A model generated the notes under the pieces. The model saw only the letters and a list, made by a program, of their open reading frames with translations. It was not told the origin of the DNA and ran no database searches. A stretch of 64,000 nucleotides of DNA from a virus: IMG/VR virus record IMGVR_UViG_3300035698_006513. One strand, given 5' to 3'. The stretch's first letter is position 1. Every line of letters begins with the position of its first letter. This document shows, piece by piece, positions 27,192 to 37,858 of the stretch. The position numbers and the translations under genes were made by a program.

Positions 27192-27635
27192 ATGCCTCGT
27201 TCATGTAATTCTTCAGTTTCTACACAGGTGCAGTTCTCTGCGTCCGATCCGCAGTGCATCCAATGTCCTGAGTTTGTTGCTTGCCAACAGGCGACGATGA
27301 GACGGATGCAACAGAATAGCTCCACTAACAGAAGACAGAGCTTAGGGGGTTCCTACGTACCTACAAGCAATTCTAGCACTTCCTCTGCACCAAAACAACC
27401 TACGTACAAACCCCCCCAATCCCAACACAGGTCATCCGCACATGAATACTCTCTTCAACCAGAGTCCATGTTGCAGTATGACATTTTGCCTCGAGAAGAA
27501 GAGGGAGAGACCTTCATGGAAAGAATATTACTTAACGGCGCGTCTTCTGCTGCGTCCGCATTTGCGAACGAGACTTCTGTGCTATTCAGAAAACACCGAT
27601 TCTCGTTCAGAAGGAAGAAACGTGTAAAGGAGTAA
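27192..27635 (+). CDS. Hypothetical Cys-containing protein, first gene of the replication operon
   Basis: TATAAT at 27165, AAGGAG RBS; C..CIQC..C motif. Confidence 0.65.
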   Translation: MPRSCNSSVSTQVQFSASDPQCIQCPEFVACQQATMRRMQQNSSTNRRQSLGGSYVPTSNSSTSSAPKQPTYKPPQSQHRSSAHEYSLQPESMLQYDILPREEEGETFMERILLNGASSAASAFANETSVLFRKHRFSFRRKKRVKE

Positions 27636-27637
27636 TT

Positions 27638-29761
27638 GTGCGTATTATACAAAGAGACCCAAATACCGGATACAGATCCGACATGTTATGGTTACCTAAA
27701 TCCCTAGTTAACCATCACACTATTCGTGCGTGTACAACGGCATACACTACTAGTGGGCAAGAGGTATATGCGTTCCATGATATGGGAACGCATATAGTAG
27801 TCCCTAGAGAGTTCAGGATTAACAATCAATTCCTCATACACGATATAAACCCAACAACGTGGGAACACATAAATTTTGAGTGCATGGCTGTGTCTAGAGA
27901 TAAGTACGACATAGCTACATGGGAAAAGTTAGAAGAGCAGGATAATGGAGTTCTGCAACTAGCGTGTGTGTCTGGGGACACACTGATTTCAATAAATAGG
28001 GGGGGGAAAGGGTTTAAAATTCGGATCGCAGACGCGTACATCAGATACAACGGTATAGCCTCTCGCTATCAGTGGGACAACAGTATCCCTACTAAGATAA
28101 GGTCTCTAGTGGGAGATAGAGTGCGCCTGAATGGGATAGATAATATTATCTTCTCTGGTATTAAAAACACCATAGAACTTACGTTTGAGGACACCACATC
28201 TCTCCGCTGCACCCCAGACCACGAAATACTTACTCCTGTAGGATATGTACCAGCTGCCAACTTGGTGTTGGGAGATTTAGTTTGTGCAGACACTATCCGC
28301 ACCGAGTCCGTAAGAAAAAGAAAACGTGCGTATAGACGACTATCTTGGTATAGGCACCATCCATTCGCACGAAAAGTCAAAAACAAAACAAATAACTTTG
28401 TTATAGAAGAGCACAGAGCTGTTGCAGAAGCTGTAGCCAACGGCATAAGCTTGTCTGAATATAGGAGTAGGTGTAGATCTGGGAACACGGAGGGTTTTGT
28501 ATTTATAGACCCAGCTACACACCACGTCCACCATTTAGATGGAGATATAACAAACAACGCCCCGTATAATTTGCAAGTTGTTCTCGTTGAAGACCACTTA
28601 TCCTCACATAGACCAGTGTATGCAGCCTTTGGGCATGGTGAGGTTGGGACAAAAAAAGTTACACAAATTACCCCACACGGACTAGAGCCAGTATACGATA
28701 TTGTATGCGAAGACCCTCACAGAAACTTCGTAGCCAACGGCGTTATAGTACACAATTGTGGAAAAGGAAAAACAGTAATGGCGTTGCGTAAGCTTGCGCA
28801 GGTACAAGCACCCGCCATTATATTAGTGCACACAACACAATTGATGGGCCAATGGTTGGAGCGTATTATTGAGTTCGTACGCATAGACGGGAGAATACTA
28901 CTCGCAGAAAATGTAGGGCTAGTACAAGGTCAATATGCAGATACCGAGTGGGATAAGCCTATCGTAATAGCTATGATGCAAACACTGTCAAACAGAAAAA
29001 TACCAGCACGGATACGAAGACGATTTGGGTTGTGTATATACGATGAGTGTCATCACTTAGCAGCGAGGTCGTGGCTGAGACTAAGCTCGTTTGGTTTTGG
29101 TAAGAGGTTAGGTCTCACAGCTACCCCTGACACTGAGTCTGGTGCGCACGTTCTATACATGATGCATCTAGGAGAAATATTCTATACCGATCTGCATCAG
29201 GATCTAATTCCGGACTGTTATTTCGTGCACACATCTAGTGGCTATAACTTAAATGACCCCAACATAAGGGACTCGACAGGGGCCATTTCCACTAGTAAAC
29301 TGTACATTGCGCTTGGAAAGGACTACGGGCGTAACCGCCTAATTATAAAGCACTTACAAAGAGCTTTAGATGCAGGGCGAAAGATATTGGTACTGTCTGG
29401 GTCTAAGGAACATTGTGAAACGCTACACACGATGTTCCCTGATTCAGGTTTGTGCATAGGACGTATACCATATGAAGATAGACTGCGTACGCTCAAGACA
29501 AAGCGAGTGATATTTGCCACCATGCCGCTAGCAAAAGAAGGTCTAGATCAGCAGGACCTAGACACTGTGTTCATCACTACAGGTTTCCGTCGTAGAAATA
29601 TGTTGCAACAAATATTAGGTAGAGTGCAGAGGCCAAAGGGAATGAAACCTATCGCACTACTCATCGTGGACCAAGACATACCTATGTGCGTTAGCCAGCA
29701 AGCTGACTTAAGGAAGCATACAGAAATGTGGGGGTATAAATGTGTCACGATAAGGGAATAG
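27638..29761 (+). CDS. Superfamily 2 (UvsW/XPB-like) DNA helicase containing an intein
   Basis: After splicing, Walker A LACGKGKT; DECHH, GLTATP, EGLD, QILGRVQR. Confidence 0.9.
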   Translation: MRIIQRDPNTGYRSDMLWLPKSLVNHHTIRACTTAYTTSGQEVYAFHDMGTHIVVPREFRINNQFLIHDINPTTWEHINFECMAVSRDKYDIATWEKLEEQDNGVLQLACVSGDTLISINRGGKGFKIRIADAYIRYNGIASRYQWDNSIPTKIRSLVGDRVRLNGIDNIIFSGIKNTIELTFEDTTSLRCTPDHEILTPVGYVPAANLVLGDLVCADTIRTESVRKRKRAYRRLSWYRHHPFARKVKNKTNNFVIEEHRAVAEAVANGISLSEYRSRCRSGNTEGFVFIDPATHHVHHLDGDITNNAPYNLQVVLVEDHLSSHRPVYAAFGHGEVGTKKVTQITPHGLEPVYDIVCEDPHRNFVANGVIVHNCGKGKTVMALRKLAQVQAPAIILVHTTQLMGQWLERIIEFVRIDGRILLAENVGLVQGQYADTEWDKPIVIAMMQTLSNRKIPARIRRRFGLCIYDECHHLAARSWLRLSSFGFGKRLGLTATPDTESGAHVLYMMHLGEIFYTDLHQDLIPDCYFVHTSSGYNLNDPNIRDSTGAISTSKLYIALGKDYGRNRLIIKHLQRALDAGRKILVLSGSKEHCETLHTMFPDSGLCIGRIPYEDRLRTLKTKRVIFATMPLAKEGLDQQDLDTVFITTGFRRRNMLQQILGRVQRPKGMKPIALLIVDQDIPMCVSQQADLRKHTEMWGYKCVTIRE
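27965..28756 (+). mobile_element. Intein (264 aa) with HNH homing endonuclease, inserted in the helicase Walker A motif
   Basis: Starts CVSGDTLI, block B CTPDHEILT, ends NFVANGVIVHN followed by Cys; HVHHLDGDITNNAPYNL. Confidence 0.93.
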
Positions 29762-30381
29762 AAGCGGATAGCCTCCTACATGACATAGTCAACTGTACTA
29801 TGTGCGAATTGTACGAGACCCGAAACACAGCCATTCCAGGAAGAGGTAATACTTCAGCAAACATAATGCTGATTGCAGATAAACCGGATGTCACAGATGA
29901 GAATGAGGGTTGGGCATTTACGGGGCATACATTACCTTACCTGGAAAACACAATGACTGCTCTGGGTATAGAAGAGGATGACGTATGGGTTACTAACTGC
30001 GTCAAGTGCCGACCACCAAAGAACCGTGAGCCATTCATACCCGAGTTAGATATATGTAAAGCACACCTGCAAAGAGAGATACGGATGGTAGACCCTAACG
30101 TTATTATAATGTTAGGTAAGATACCTATAAAAACACTCACAGGTGTGACACAAGCTGTTGTCAAAGCAGTTGATAAAGAGTGGATACTCTACGTCCCCAC
30201 AGCCAGAGGTGGCGAAGATCCGCCACTTCAGTACTTCGCCCTTTCTACCTATGACTTCACCTACATCAGAAAAAACCCAAGCCAAAAACCTGGGCAGCCT
30301 TGGCATCGCCTATTCAAAACATTTAAACATGCTCTATGGGTAACCATAGCACTGGAGGAAACTTATGAGAGGACAGAATGA
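29740..30381 (+). CDS. Family-4 uracil-DNA glycosylase-like protein with degenerate active-site motifs
   Basis: CTMCEL and VTNCVKCRPPKNREP Fe-S cysteines retained; GEAPG replaced by ADKPD and HP replaced by YDF. Confidence 0.8.
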   Translation: MCHDKGIEADSLLHDIVNCTMCELYETRNTAIPGRGNTSANIMLIADKPDVTDENEGWAFTGHTLPYLENTMTALGIEEDDVWVTNCVKCRPPKNREPFIPELDICKAHLQREIRMVDPNVIIMLGKIPIKTLTGVTQAVVKAVDKEWILYVPTARGGEDPPLQYFALSTYDFTYIRKNPSQKPGQPWHRLFKTFKHALWVTIALEETYERTE

Positions 30382-30826
30382 GTCGGAAGTAGAAAAGACT
30401 GTTACCGAGAAATCATACGAAGAGTATCTGGAGGTGAAGTCTGCGTACGATAATTTTCTGGTAGACCACGGAGAAGTGTTTTCGGAGTTCTTTCCGCTTC
30501 TCCGTGATTTAGGAGAGGCTACTGAAAAGGTGCGTACACACCTCAGACACGATGCGGATGCACCTATGAGTATAGGTAAATTCCGTAAAGCAGTGTCGTC
30601 TAAGTTTACTATAGACGCATACGCCCTAATCCAACAACACCCCGAAATAGAGGAGGAACTAGAAGGTCTAGTTGTTACGACTAAGTCCATCGACCCTGCG
30701 GTACTGAAAGGTTACCTGGCGTCAGGAGAAATTACACAAGAAATGCTCACGGCAGTGAGTACGGAAGTAGAAAGTACACGTATGTATGGCCCCAAGCCAG
30801 CTCACAAGGAGATTACTAGTATATGA
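30365..30826 (+). CDS. Hypothetical protein
   Basis: Coupled ORF with GGAGG RBS. Confidence 0.65.
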   Translation: MRGQNESEVEKTVTEKSYEEYLEVKSAYDNFLVDHGEVFSEFFPLLRDLGEATEKVRTHLRHDADAPMSIGKFRKAVSSKFTIDAYALIQQHPEIEEELEGLVVTTKSIDPAVLKGYLASGEITQEMLTAVSTEVESTRMYGPKPAHKEITSI

Positions 30827-31179
30827 CAACCAACGATCAATCCCAAGACGCAAACACTGTCCAAATTATGGCCCTGCTTCAAGGAAACTCAAACACTCGC
30901 TCCGAGATAATTGAGCGATGCCGTGCAAACCCCCTCGAGGTATCCGAGGGTATCCGCGGAAACGGTGAGGGTGAAGTCGGATACGCACTCGACTTAGGAC
31001 GGAACTCTGTAAAGGGTACCGTTCGTGTCGTGGTCTCAGGAAAAATAACCTGCGACTCCAATCCCGAAAAGCAGTTCGGCGCTATGGACCACATGAAGGC
31101 GTTCGTAAAGTCTGCCCTTGCAGAAGAACTGACGCTGGTTCAAGGTCTCATGGAAAAAGTTAACGGTGAAGAAGCATGA
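30823..31179 (+). CDS. Hypothetical protein
   Basis: AAGGAG RBS, overlapping starts and stops. Confidence 0.65.
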   Translation: MTTNDQSQDANTVQIMALLQGNSNTRSEIIERCRANPLEVSEGIRGNGEGEVGYALDLGRNSVKGTVRVVVSGKITCDSNPEKQFGAMDHMKAFVKSALAEELTLVQGLMEKVNGEEA

Positions 31180-31484
31180 TAAAAAGCGTACGTGTCACGA
31201 AGGTGACCGTAGCGCTAGCTCCTGCTAAAGGAACCATCGGGCAGACCAACTATATTCCTGCGCACAAAAGTGCGGAAGCAGAATATGTACTGTTGGATGA
31301 CCGTGGTGTTCCTACCGGAGCTACAGGGAAACTCGCTGTGTTCTCTAATGAGGCACGGAATCTCACAGAATCTTTGTGGGCAGACTTAGAAGAAAAACTG
31401 GGCGAGTTTCTCTTAGGTATTGAAGCTACATCATCTACACAAAGTAATGAAGTTCCTCCATTAGTACCTATAACCAAGGAGTAG
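31176..31484 (+). CDS. Hypothetical protein
   Basis: ATGA overlap with the upstream gene. Confidence 0.6.
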   Translation: MIKSVRVTKVTVALAPAKGTIGQTNYIPAHKSAEAEYVLLDDRGVPTGATGKLAVFSNEARNLTESLWADLEEKLGEFLLGIEATSSTQSNEVPPLVPITKE

Positions 31485-31488
31485 ATTC

Positions 31489-32913
31489 ATGGGTAGCTGG
31501 GCGTTGCAGTTCATTGTCGCAGTACTGAGGTCGAGAGACTACGCGGCAATAAGCCGGTATAAAATAACCCCTGCCATTATCCCTGCGGAAGTTAGACCAC
31601 TTCTACAGTACATAGTGAATTACTTCGAGAACCGCAGGACATATGGAAGTCTACCTCCCCTTGATTTATTAGAACAGCATTTCCCTACACTAGGACTTAA
31701 TGAGGTTACACCGTCATCAGGTGACCTCCAGGTACTAGGTGATATGATTCATAGGGAAGACTTAGCAGCCACATTACGTACTGAGGCCCTAAATATACAT
31801 CGATATGCAGAGACCGACCCATACTCAGGTTTAGAAAGGTTACGCAGACTTGCGTTTGAACTGAACCAGACACACGGAGAAACTGCTAGTGACTTGATAC
31901 TATCGGGATCCGCAGATCGTGTTACGAGCGAATTGCGTTTGATCATAGAATCCGATGGTCTAGTAGGTATACCTTGGGTATGGGAAGAATTAAATAGGGT
32001 TACACGAGGGTTGCGTAAAGGGGATATGGTTGGAATATACGGACGACCTAAAAGCATGAAGTCTCATATAAAAATACTTCAAGCTGCGTACGCATATTCT
32101 AGGGGATGGCGAGTTTTGTGGTGCAACACGGGAGATATGGACAAAGTCCAAGTAGAACGACGTGTGGCACTTGCTCTGATGCAGTGGGACTATGGAGCAG
32201 TAATGTCTAATCCTACGTTAGAGCACATACAGTTATTAGAGGATGAGCTTAATTCTCTAAAAGAAACAGAAGAGTTCGAGGCCGAAGCACTGAACCGAAC
32301 ACGTACAAAGAACTTCGTCACAGTGGACGCGTTCACGCCATCGGAGCTGAGAGCAAAGATTGAAGAGATACGTCCAGACCTAGTACTGATCGATACTGCG
32401 AACGAAATGATCGACGACCAAGGGTCGAAGAAAGATAACGTACGACAAGCGAACGTCGCGCGTGCCATACGCAAGATGAGTAGAGACGAAAGACTGGGTA
32501 CTCCTGCCGTACTCTACTCTGTACATGCAAATCGCGAAGGCGAGACGGAGATTGCATATGGATACAACGAGATAGGGGGGTCAGATCAATGGGGTAAGAC
32601 TTCAGATTTGCTTCTTAGAAATATCAGAATAAAGACTGATGAAGGTTGGGTCATAGCACTACTACCTCCGGCTGGAGGAGGTAGAGAAGTTGTGTGGGAC
32701 GGTATGTTAATTGGTGCAGGTGCATATCACAACATGGGATATATACGCAATACAAACCGCGAGGATGTACTCGAGCTTATAAAACAAGCAAGAGGAGATT
32801 CTGGCGGTGCAAGAGAACGTACTCCTGCCGCCCCTCGTGGAAATACAAGAACCAACACTCCTAATGCCCCAACATTGGCTAATGCGTCTTGGGTAAATCA
32901 TACGGAGGAATAA
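31489..32913 (+). CDS. dnaB: DnaB-like (SF4) replicative helicase
   Basis: WEELNRVTRGLRKGD, Walker A YGRPKSMKS, Walker B LVLID, HANR, GGSDQWGKTSD. Confidence 0.85.
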   Translation: MGSWALQFIVAVLRSRDYAAISRYKITPAIIPAEVRPLLQYIVNYFENRRTYGSLPPLDLLEQHFPTLGLNEVTPSSGDLQVLGDMIHREDLAATLRTEALNIHRYAETDPYSGLERLRRLAFELNQTHGETASDLILSGSADRVTSELRLIIESDGLVGIPWVWEELNRVTRGLRKGDMVGIYGRPKSMKSHIKILQAAYAYSRGWRVLWCNTGDMDKVQVERRVALALMQWDYGAVMSNPTLEHIQLLEDELNSLKETEEFEAEALNRTRTKNFVTVDAFTPSELRAKIEEIRPDLVLIDTANEMIDDQGSKKDNVRQANVARAIRKMSRDERLGTPAVLYSVHANREGETEIAYGYNEIGGSDQWGKTSDLLLRNIRIKTDEGWVIALLPPAGGGREVVWDGMLIGAGAYHNMGYIRNTNREDVLELIKQARGDSGGARERTPAAPRGNTRTNTPNAPTLANASWVNHTEE

Positions 32914-35055
32914 ATGGATATTCTGCGTATGATGCGTACGTACCTAGCTGTACGCGGAGAAGTATCCTCCGGAGGATGGCAAAGTGCGTTATGCCCATTC
33001 CACAGTGACAATGCGTCTAGCTTCGGTATTCATGTGGAAACTGGAGTAGCCAACTGCTTCGTCTGTGGGTCATTTACATTAAAAGTAGTAATGGAGAGAG
33101 CCGGTGTACCATTAGGTATCCGCGCCGAAGTACTCCAGCGACTGACGGGCAGAACTTCTGAAGACCTGGGTCAAGAGCTTGTCATCCCAGAACTACCTGA
33201 GAGCGACCCAATACTGAATGAGCTGCTTCTTAGCCGTATGTTCCCCATAAACCCAGAAGCAGTAGGTACAGGATTTACACAAGAAGTGGTGTCTAGGTAT
33301 GGCGTGTTGCTAGACCCTCTGAACGGTAGAACCGTGTGGCCGATAAGAGATAGGTTTGGGAGATTACGCGCCTTGTCTGGAAGAGACCCTAACCCAGACG
33401 CAAAACCTAAATACAAAGTGTATAAAAAAGAACTGCAAAACATCCACCCAGGATATGACCCGAGTAATCGCAATTACTTGTTTGGTATGGAGTTTGTGTA
33501 CCCGAAGATAGTAGCCGGAAAACCTGTGACGCTGTGCATAGTAGAAGGTTATAAAGCGGCGGCATGGTTATATATGGCCGGATTCCCTGATGTAGTTGCT
33601 CTTATGGGCAGCAAAATAAGCCCTAAGCAATTTACGTTACTATCCATTTTAGGGGGGATAGAAAAAGTAATATGGTTTCTGGACAATGATAGGGCAGGAC
33701 TCATAGGTACAGACAAGGGGTGCGCGTTATCTATACGCAGATTCCCTACCTACGTGTTCCCCTACAAAGATGAGTATAGTCAGCCGGATGATATACCTCT
33801 TGATGAGGTAAAACAGGGCATGGAAGAACCATGGCCATTTCTCGAATGGAGTAACCGAATGAGACACAGAAGATCCCAATCTGCTAGCCTAGGAATGTAC
33901 GGAGCACCTCCCAAGAGACGCAGTAGTGGTATGGGCAGTTCTAACAGACTAGCGCTGCCGATCAAAGACGGACGGATAAAACGAGTGCGTTTCATCCCCG
34001 CAAAAGTAGAACAGAAACTGTGGGACAGATACGCCGAACGTGTCGTAGATGTCACCCATGATTATCTTTTGCGGAAGATTCACTGGTCTGCCTACGGCAT
34101 CAGTCCTGATAACGCAATATACAAGAACCTCAGATGGAAGGGGCCAATCGACTGTACCGCAGGACCCGACCTCAATGATCCACAGCCATGCGTCGGATGC
34201 TACCTCAACAATGAATCCTTTATCAACAGCCAAGGCAAACAAGACCGCCAAGCCTCAATGGTAGACATGGCTGGTTTCAGTTTGGTGGAATTAACCTTCT
34301 TCCATGCTGTACCCAAAACCAGTGATGCAGGCGTATCTTATATGTCATGGGAACCTTGTACAAAAGACGAGCGTACAGGTAGAGGGTCCTGTGTACATTG
34401 TGAGAATAACCTTGACCGTGTATGGGGTTCTCGTAAGTTCACCGAGATTACTCCCGCTCTATACCGACAATTGTTCGCGTTCAACGACCTTATCGCAAGC
34501 AAGGGTATCTGCGGGTGCACCATTTACTCTAACAGTTTCCACTGCGAGTCCTGTGACCATATGCTCGTGGACTTAGAAGATTCCAATATGGATGACATGG
34601 CTGCGGCTGAGTACAGAAAAGACCCAAAACTTTGCCCTGAGTGTAACCACTACGGTCCCATTACGGAATCCATTGCCTGTGATTCCTTCACAGAGCAGGG
34701 TGAAGAGATTCACGATTGTGCTGGAGTTGAGTGCCGTTCCATCTGGAACACTGATATTGAAATCAGTAGCGTCAGAGAAGGTACAGGTGACAACACAAAG
34801 TGGAAGACCACCTTCGCTGCAGGTAAATCTGGACCCCTACCGTACGCTCCTCCATCCGTGGAGAACTGGGTTGACTTGTGGGAGAAACTCAAAGAGCCCT
34901 TCGACATGCAGTCGATGGTTCGACACTTGTCCGTCACAGAACAAATGAGACATGTGGGTCTCGAGTTCAACCCATTCATGGTTGACCCCGCAGATGAGCC
35001 CTCACCAAACGCACCAACAATAACTACACCCAACTCAGTCGACTGGAACGGATAA
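32914..35055 (+). CDS. dnaG: DnaG-type primase (CHC2 Zn finger + TOPRIM) fused in frame to a Cys-rich gp32/SSB-like domain
   Basis: CPFH...CFVC, IVEGY, VVALMGS, FLDNDRAG; second half RVRFIP...HW...C...PCVGC with internal GGAG/ATG 33859. Confidence 0.8.
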   Translation: MDILRMMRTYLAVRGEVSSGGWQSALCPFHSDNASSFGIHVETGVANCFVCGSFTLKVVMERAGVPLGIRAEVLQRLTGRTSEDLGQELVIPELPESDPILNELLLSRMFPINPEAVGTGFTQEVVSRYGVLLDPLNGRTVWPIRDRFGRLRALSGRDPNPDAKPKYKVYKKELQNIHPGYDPSNRNYLFGMEFVYPKIVAGKPVTLCIVEGYKAAAWLYMAGFPDVVALMGSKISPKQFTLLSILGGIEKVIWFLDNDRAGLIGTDKGCALSIRRFPTYVFPYKDEYSQPDDIPLDEVKQGMEEPWPFLEWSNRMRHRRSQSASLGMYGAPPKRRSSGMGSSNRLALPIKDGRIKRVRFIPAKVEQKLWDRYAERVVDVTHDYLLRKIHWSAYGISPDNAIYKNLRWKGPIDCTAGPDLNDPQPCVGCYLNNESFINSQGKQDRQASMVDMAGFSLVELTFFHAVPKTSDAGVSYMSWEPCTKDERTGRGSCVHCENNLDRVWGSRKFTEITPALYRQLFAFNDLIASKGICGCTIYSNSFHCESCDHMLVDLEDSNMDDMAAAEYRKDPKLCPECNHYGPITESIACDSFTEQGEEIHDCAGVECRSIWNTDIEISSVREGTGDNTKWKTTFAAGKSGPLPYAPPSVENWVDLWEKLKEPFDMQSMVRHLSVTEQMRHVGLEFNPFMVDPADEPSPNAPTITTPNSVDWNG

Positions 35056-35059
35056 TCCC

Positions 35060-37858
35060 ATGAGGCTACTCCCTCAATACGAAATTGTACAAACAGAGGG
35101 AGAGGCTCAGAGGTTATTATCTCGCATAATGCTGCAACCCGAGGTCTCTGTTGATACAGAGACTGAGGGAGATAAGAAGGCAGACCGCTTAAATCGTTGG
35201 AAATCAACGGTTAATTGTTGGTCTGTCTCCTTTAAAGATGTAGCCTGTGCAGGTGGAGCAAATCGTATAGCAATACCTTATGATTTGCTTTTTATGTTTG
35301 AGCCCTTCTTTCAAGCAGAACACATAGACAAGATCTTCCATAATGCGCCGTTCGACTTGTGTATGCTGCATAATTCAGGAATACGTAATGTTAAAGGTAG
35401 GATCATCTGCACAGCAGCATTAGATGCTGTCATAGATGAGAACCGTTTTGGGGCACATGGGCTTAAGGAATGTTCGTGGGACTACTTGCAACTCATCATG
35501 CGTACCTTTGAGGACACGTTTGGTAAAATACCCCTTAACGAGTTTACAATAGTAGAGAAAGCGGATTACGCAACAGAAGATGCATGGGCTACACTGCTAC
35601 TATATTGGAAACTTCGGGATCTTGCTGAGGGTGAAGAGTTAGGTGAGCAGCATGGAGAGACGTATTCCCTTTGGAATATGTACGAAGACCACATCATACC
35701 ATTCAATCGCACTATTACTAATATGTGCATCCGCGGGTGGAGACTAGATAGAGAATACCTATCTAGACTGGGACCTGCAATCCAAAATGACATAGAGCAG
35801 ATAGACTTTGTGTTTAATAGGTATGCAGCCATACACGCCGCACATCAAGGTATCGCGTTACACGAATTAGAGTGGGAACGTGGCGTTAAACACAAAAGAA
35901 TGCGTCCCGTATTCCCAGACGGAATAATAAATCCCGGATCTAATAAACAACTCGCGTATTTCTTTGTGGAAGTTCTAGGTCTTCCTATCATCAAGATGAC
36001 TGAAGGGGGGCAGTCAGGTGTACCAGACATCTCTATGGATGACTCTGTGCTCAAAGAGTATGTCAAATCACATGACTGCAACTTCGCGTCATTAGTACTG
36101 CAACGTAGAAGCCTAAACAAAAGTCTAGGCACATATGTACGTGGTCTCCAGAAATGGATGGATACGCGAAACAAGATACATGCGTCATTAAGAGTTATGG
36201 GTGCGCGTACAGGTAGACTATCCTGCTCTGATCCCAACCTTCAAAATATACCTAGGCCGGACGGGGATATATACGGTCTACGATCTGCATTTATTGCAGA
36301 TCGAGGACACGTACTCATCGTTGCTGACTACTCTACACTAGAGATGCGTATTGCTGCATCTATGTCTAAATGCCCTGACCTCATTGAGGCAATTAACTCG
36401 GGCTTAGACCTACACTGCCAAACAGCAGCGAATATGTTTGGTATACCTTACGACGACCTCTACTACGCCAAGGAAAATATCCATAACATGGAACTTAGCC
36501 TAGCAGAGCGACTCACACTGGCTCCTTTAGTAGCACAGCGTGGTGCAGCTAAAGCTATTGGATTCGGTTTGACCGGAACTGATTCATTTGGTATTGTGTC
36601 TCTATAAGGAGACAACTATGAAAACTATACAAGTTACTTGTGAGCACTGTGGAGTACATTTTACATATGAGCGTGTACGTATCGACGGAGGTAGGTACCG
36701 GAAGACATGCGACGTGTGTAGAAAAGATAACCGCCGTATAAAACAGCGATCTGCGGATATGAAATTCCGTGAAAATAGAGGTCATGTTGTTGGGTGCGGT
36801 TCTGGTGGTAATCAGTGGGGTGATCACAACCATTCATGGAAGGGTGGTTGTGTACGAGTATGGAGACAGCTGTGTTTCGAGGCACACGGAGCTGTATGTG
36901 CACATTGTGGGTTCACACCACAATCACGTGAAACATGGCACCTACTCGTAGCTCACCATATTAACGAAGACCGTACTGATAATAGAACGGAAAACTTGCG
37001 CGCAGTGTGCAAGAAATGCCATCAGAATATTGAACATCTACAGGTGCGCAATACCAAAGGTCAGTATGATGGCCGAAATAAAACTGCGGAATAAAGCGGG
37101 GACGTCCTAAAAGCAGGATAACCCGAACCGAAGACTAGGAGTAATATTCTAGTCAGGGGCAACGACTAGGTGACGAAACTATCTTAGATAGAATGTAATT
37201 CACCCACGAGGCCGCGGCACCGAGATACTTAGGTATGGTGGTGAAAAGATAGTCTGGACTGTGCATATAGCTTAATAAGAAAGCACAGAAGTATTGGATA
37301 AAGAGCCAGTACGGTAACAAAGCGATTCTATACGGTAGAGGCCCTAGGTCTCTTGCAGAAATACTAGGTCTACAGGAAAAGCATGGGATTAGCGAAAGAG
37401 CTGCTATCCGCATGGCGCAAGACCTAATCAACCAATTTTACGCTGTGTACCCGAGACTACATGCGTATACACAAGAAGTGCTCTGGCAATGTCAGAGAGA
37501 TGAATACGTCCAGACCTGGCTACTTCGTAAACGCAGACTCATATCAATCAACTCTGAAGATGATGCAGCACGGTCTCAGGCAGAAAGACAAACTCTAAAC
37601 TCCATCATTCAAGGTACAGCTTCAGATGTAGCTATGGTGGCGATGAATATGGTCGAGTACGATCCTGTAATGAATGAGATCGGTGCCTCATTGCTGATGC
37701 AAATACACGATGAGCTAATCATACAAGTGCCAGAGCAGCATAGAGTCGTAGCAGAGGCGAGATTGCGATTCCTAATGGAGGAGCCATTTGTTGGGCATTT
37801 CGCAGTAGCATTATCCGTTACTAGCGATAGCGCACTCACATGGGCAGATGCAAAATGA
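35060..37858 (+). CDS. polA: Family A DNA polymerase with 3'-5' exonuclease, in two exons: join(35060..36568,37325..37858)
   Basis: ExoI VDTETE, FHNAPFD, YATEDA, TGRLSCSDPNLQNIP, motif A DYSTLEMR, motif B KAIGFG|ILYG restored by splicing, motif C QIHDEL. Confidence 0.92.
36569..37324 (+). ncRNA. Group I self-splicing intron in polA motif B
   Basis: Exon ends in U and intron ends in G; P3 ctgcgg(37084)/ccgcgg(37212); P7 gacta(37164)/tagtc(37250); R-like gcaacgactag and S-like aagatagtct. Confidence 0.88.
36618..37094 (+). CDS. Intron-encoded HNH homing endonuclease
   Basis: AAGGAG RBS; CAHCG...HHINEDRTDNRTENLRAVCKKCH; N-terminal CxxC pairs. Confidence 0.9.
   Translation: MKTIQVTCEHCGVHFTYERVRIDGGRYRKTCDVCRKDNRRIKQRSADMKFRENRGHVVGCGSGGNQWGDHNHSWKGGCVRVWRQLCFEAHGAVCAHCGFTPQSRETWHLLVAHHINEDRTDNRTENLRAVCKKCHQNIEHLQVRNTKGQYDGRNKTAE

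Noticed and set aside
35060-37858. polA as a pseudogene or naturally split two-subunit enzyme
   Set aside because: Group I intron core elements and exact in-frame restoration of motif B explain the break.
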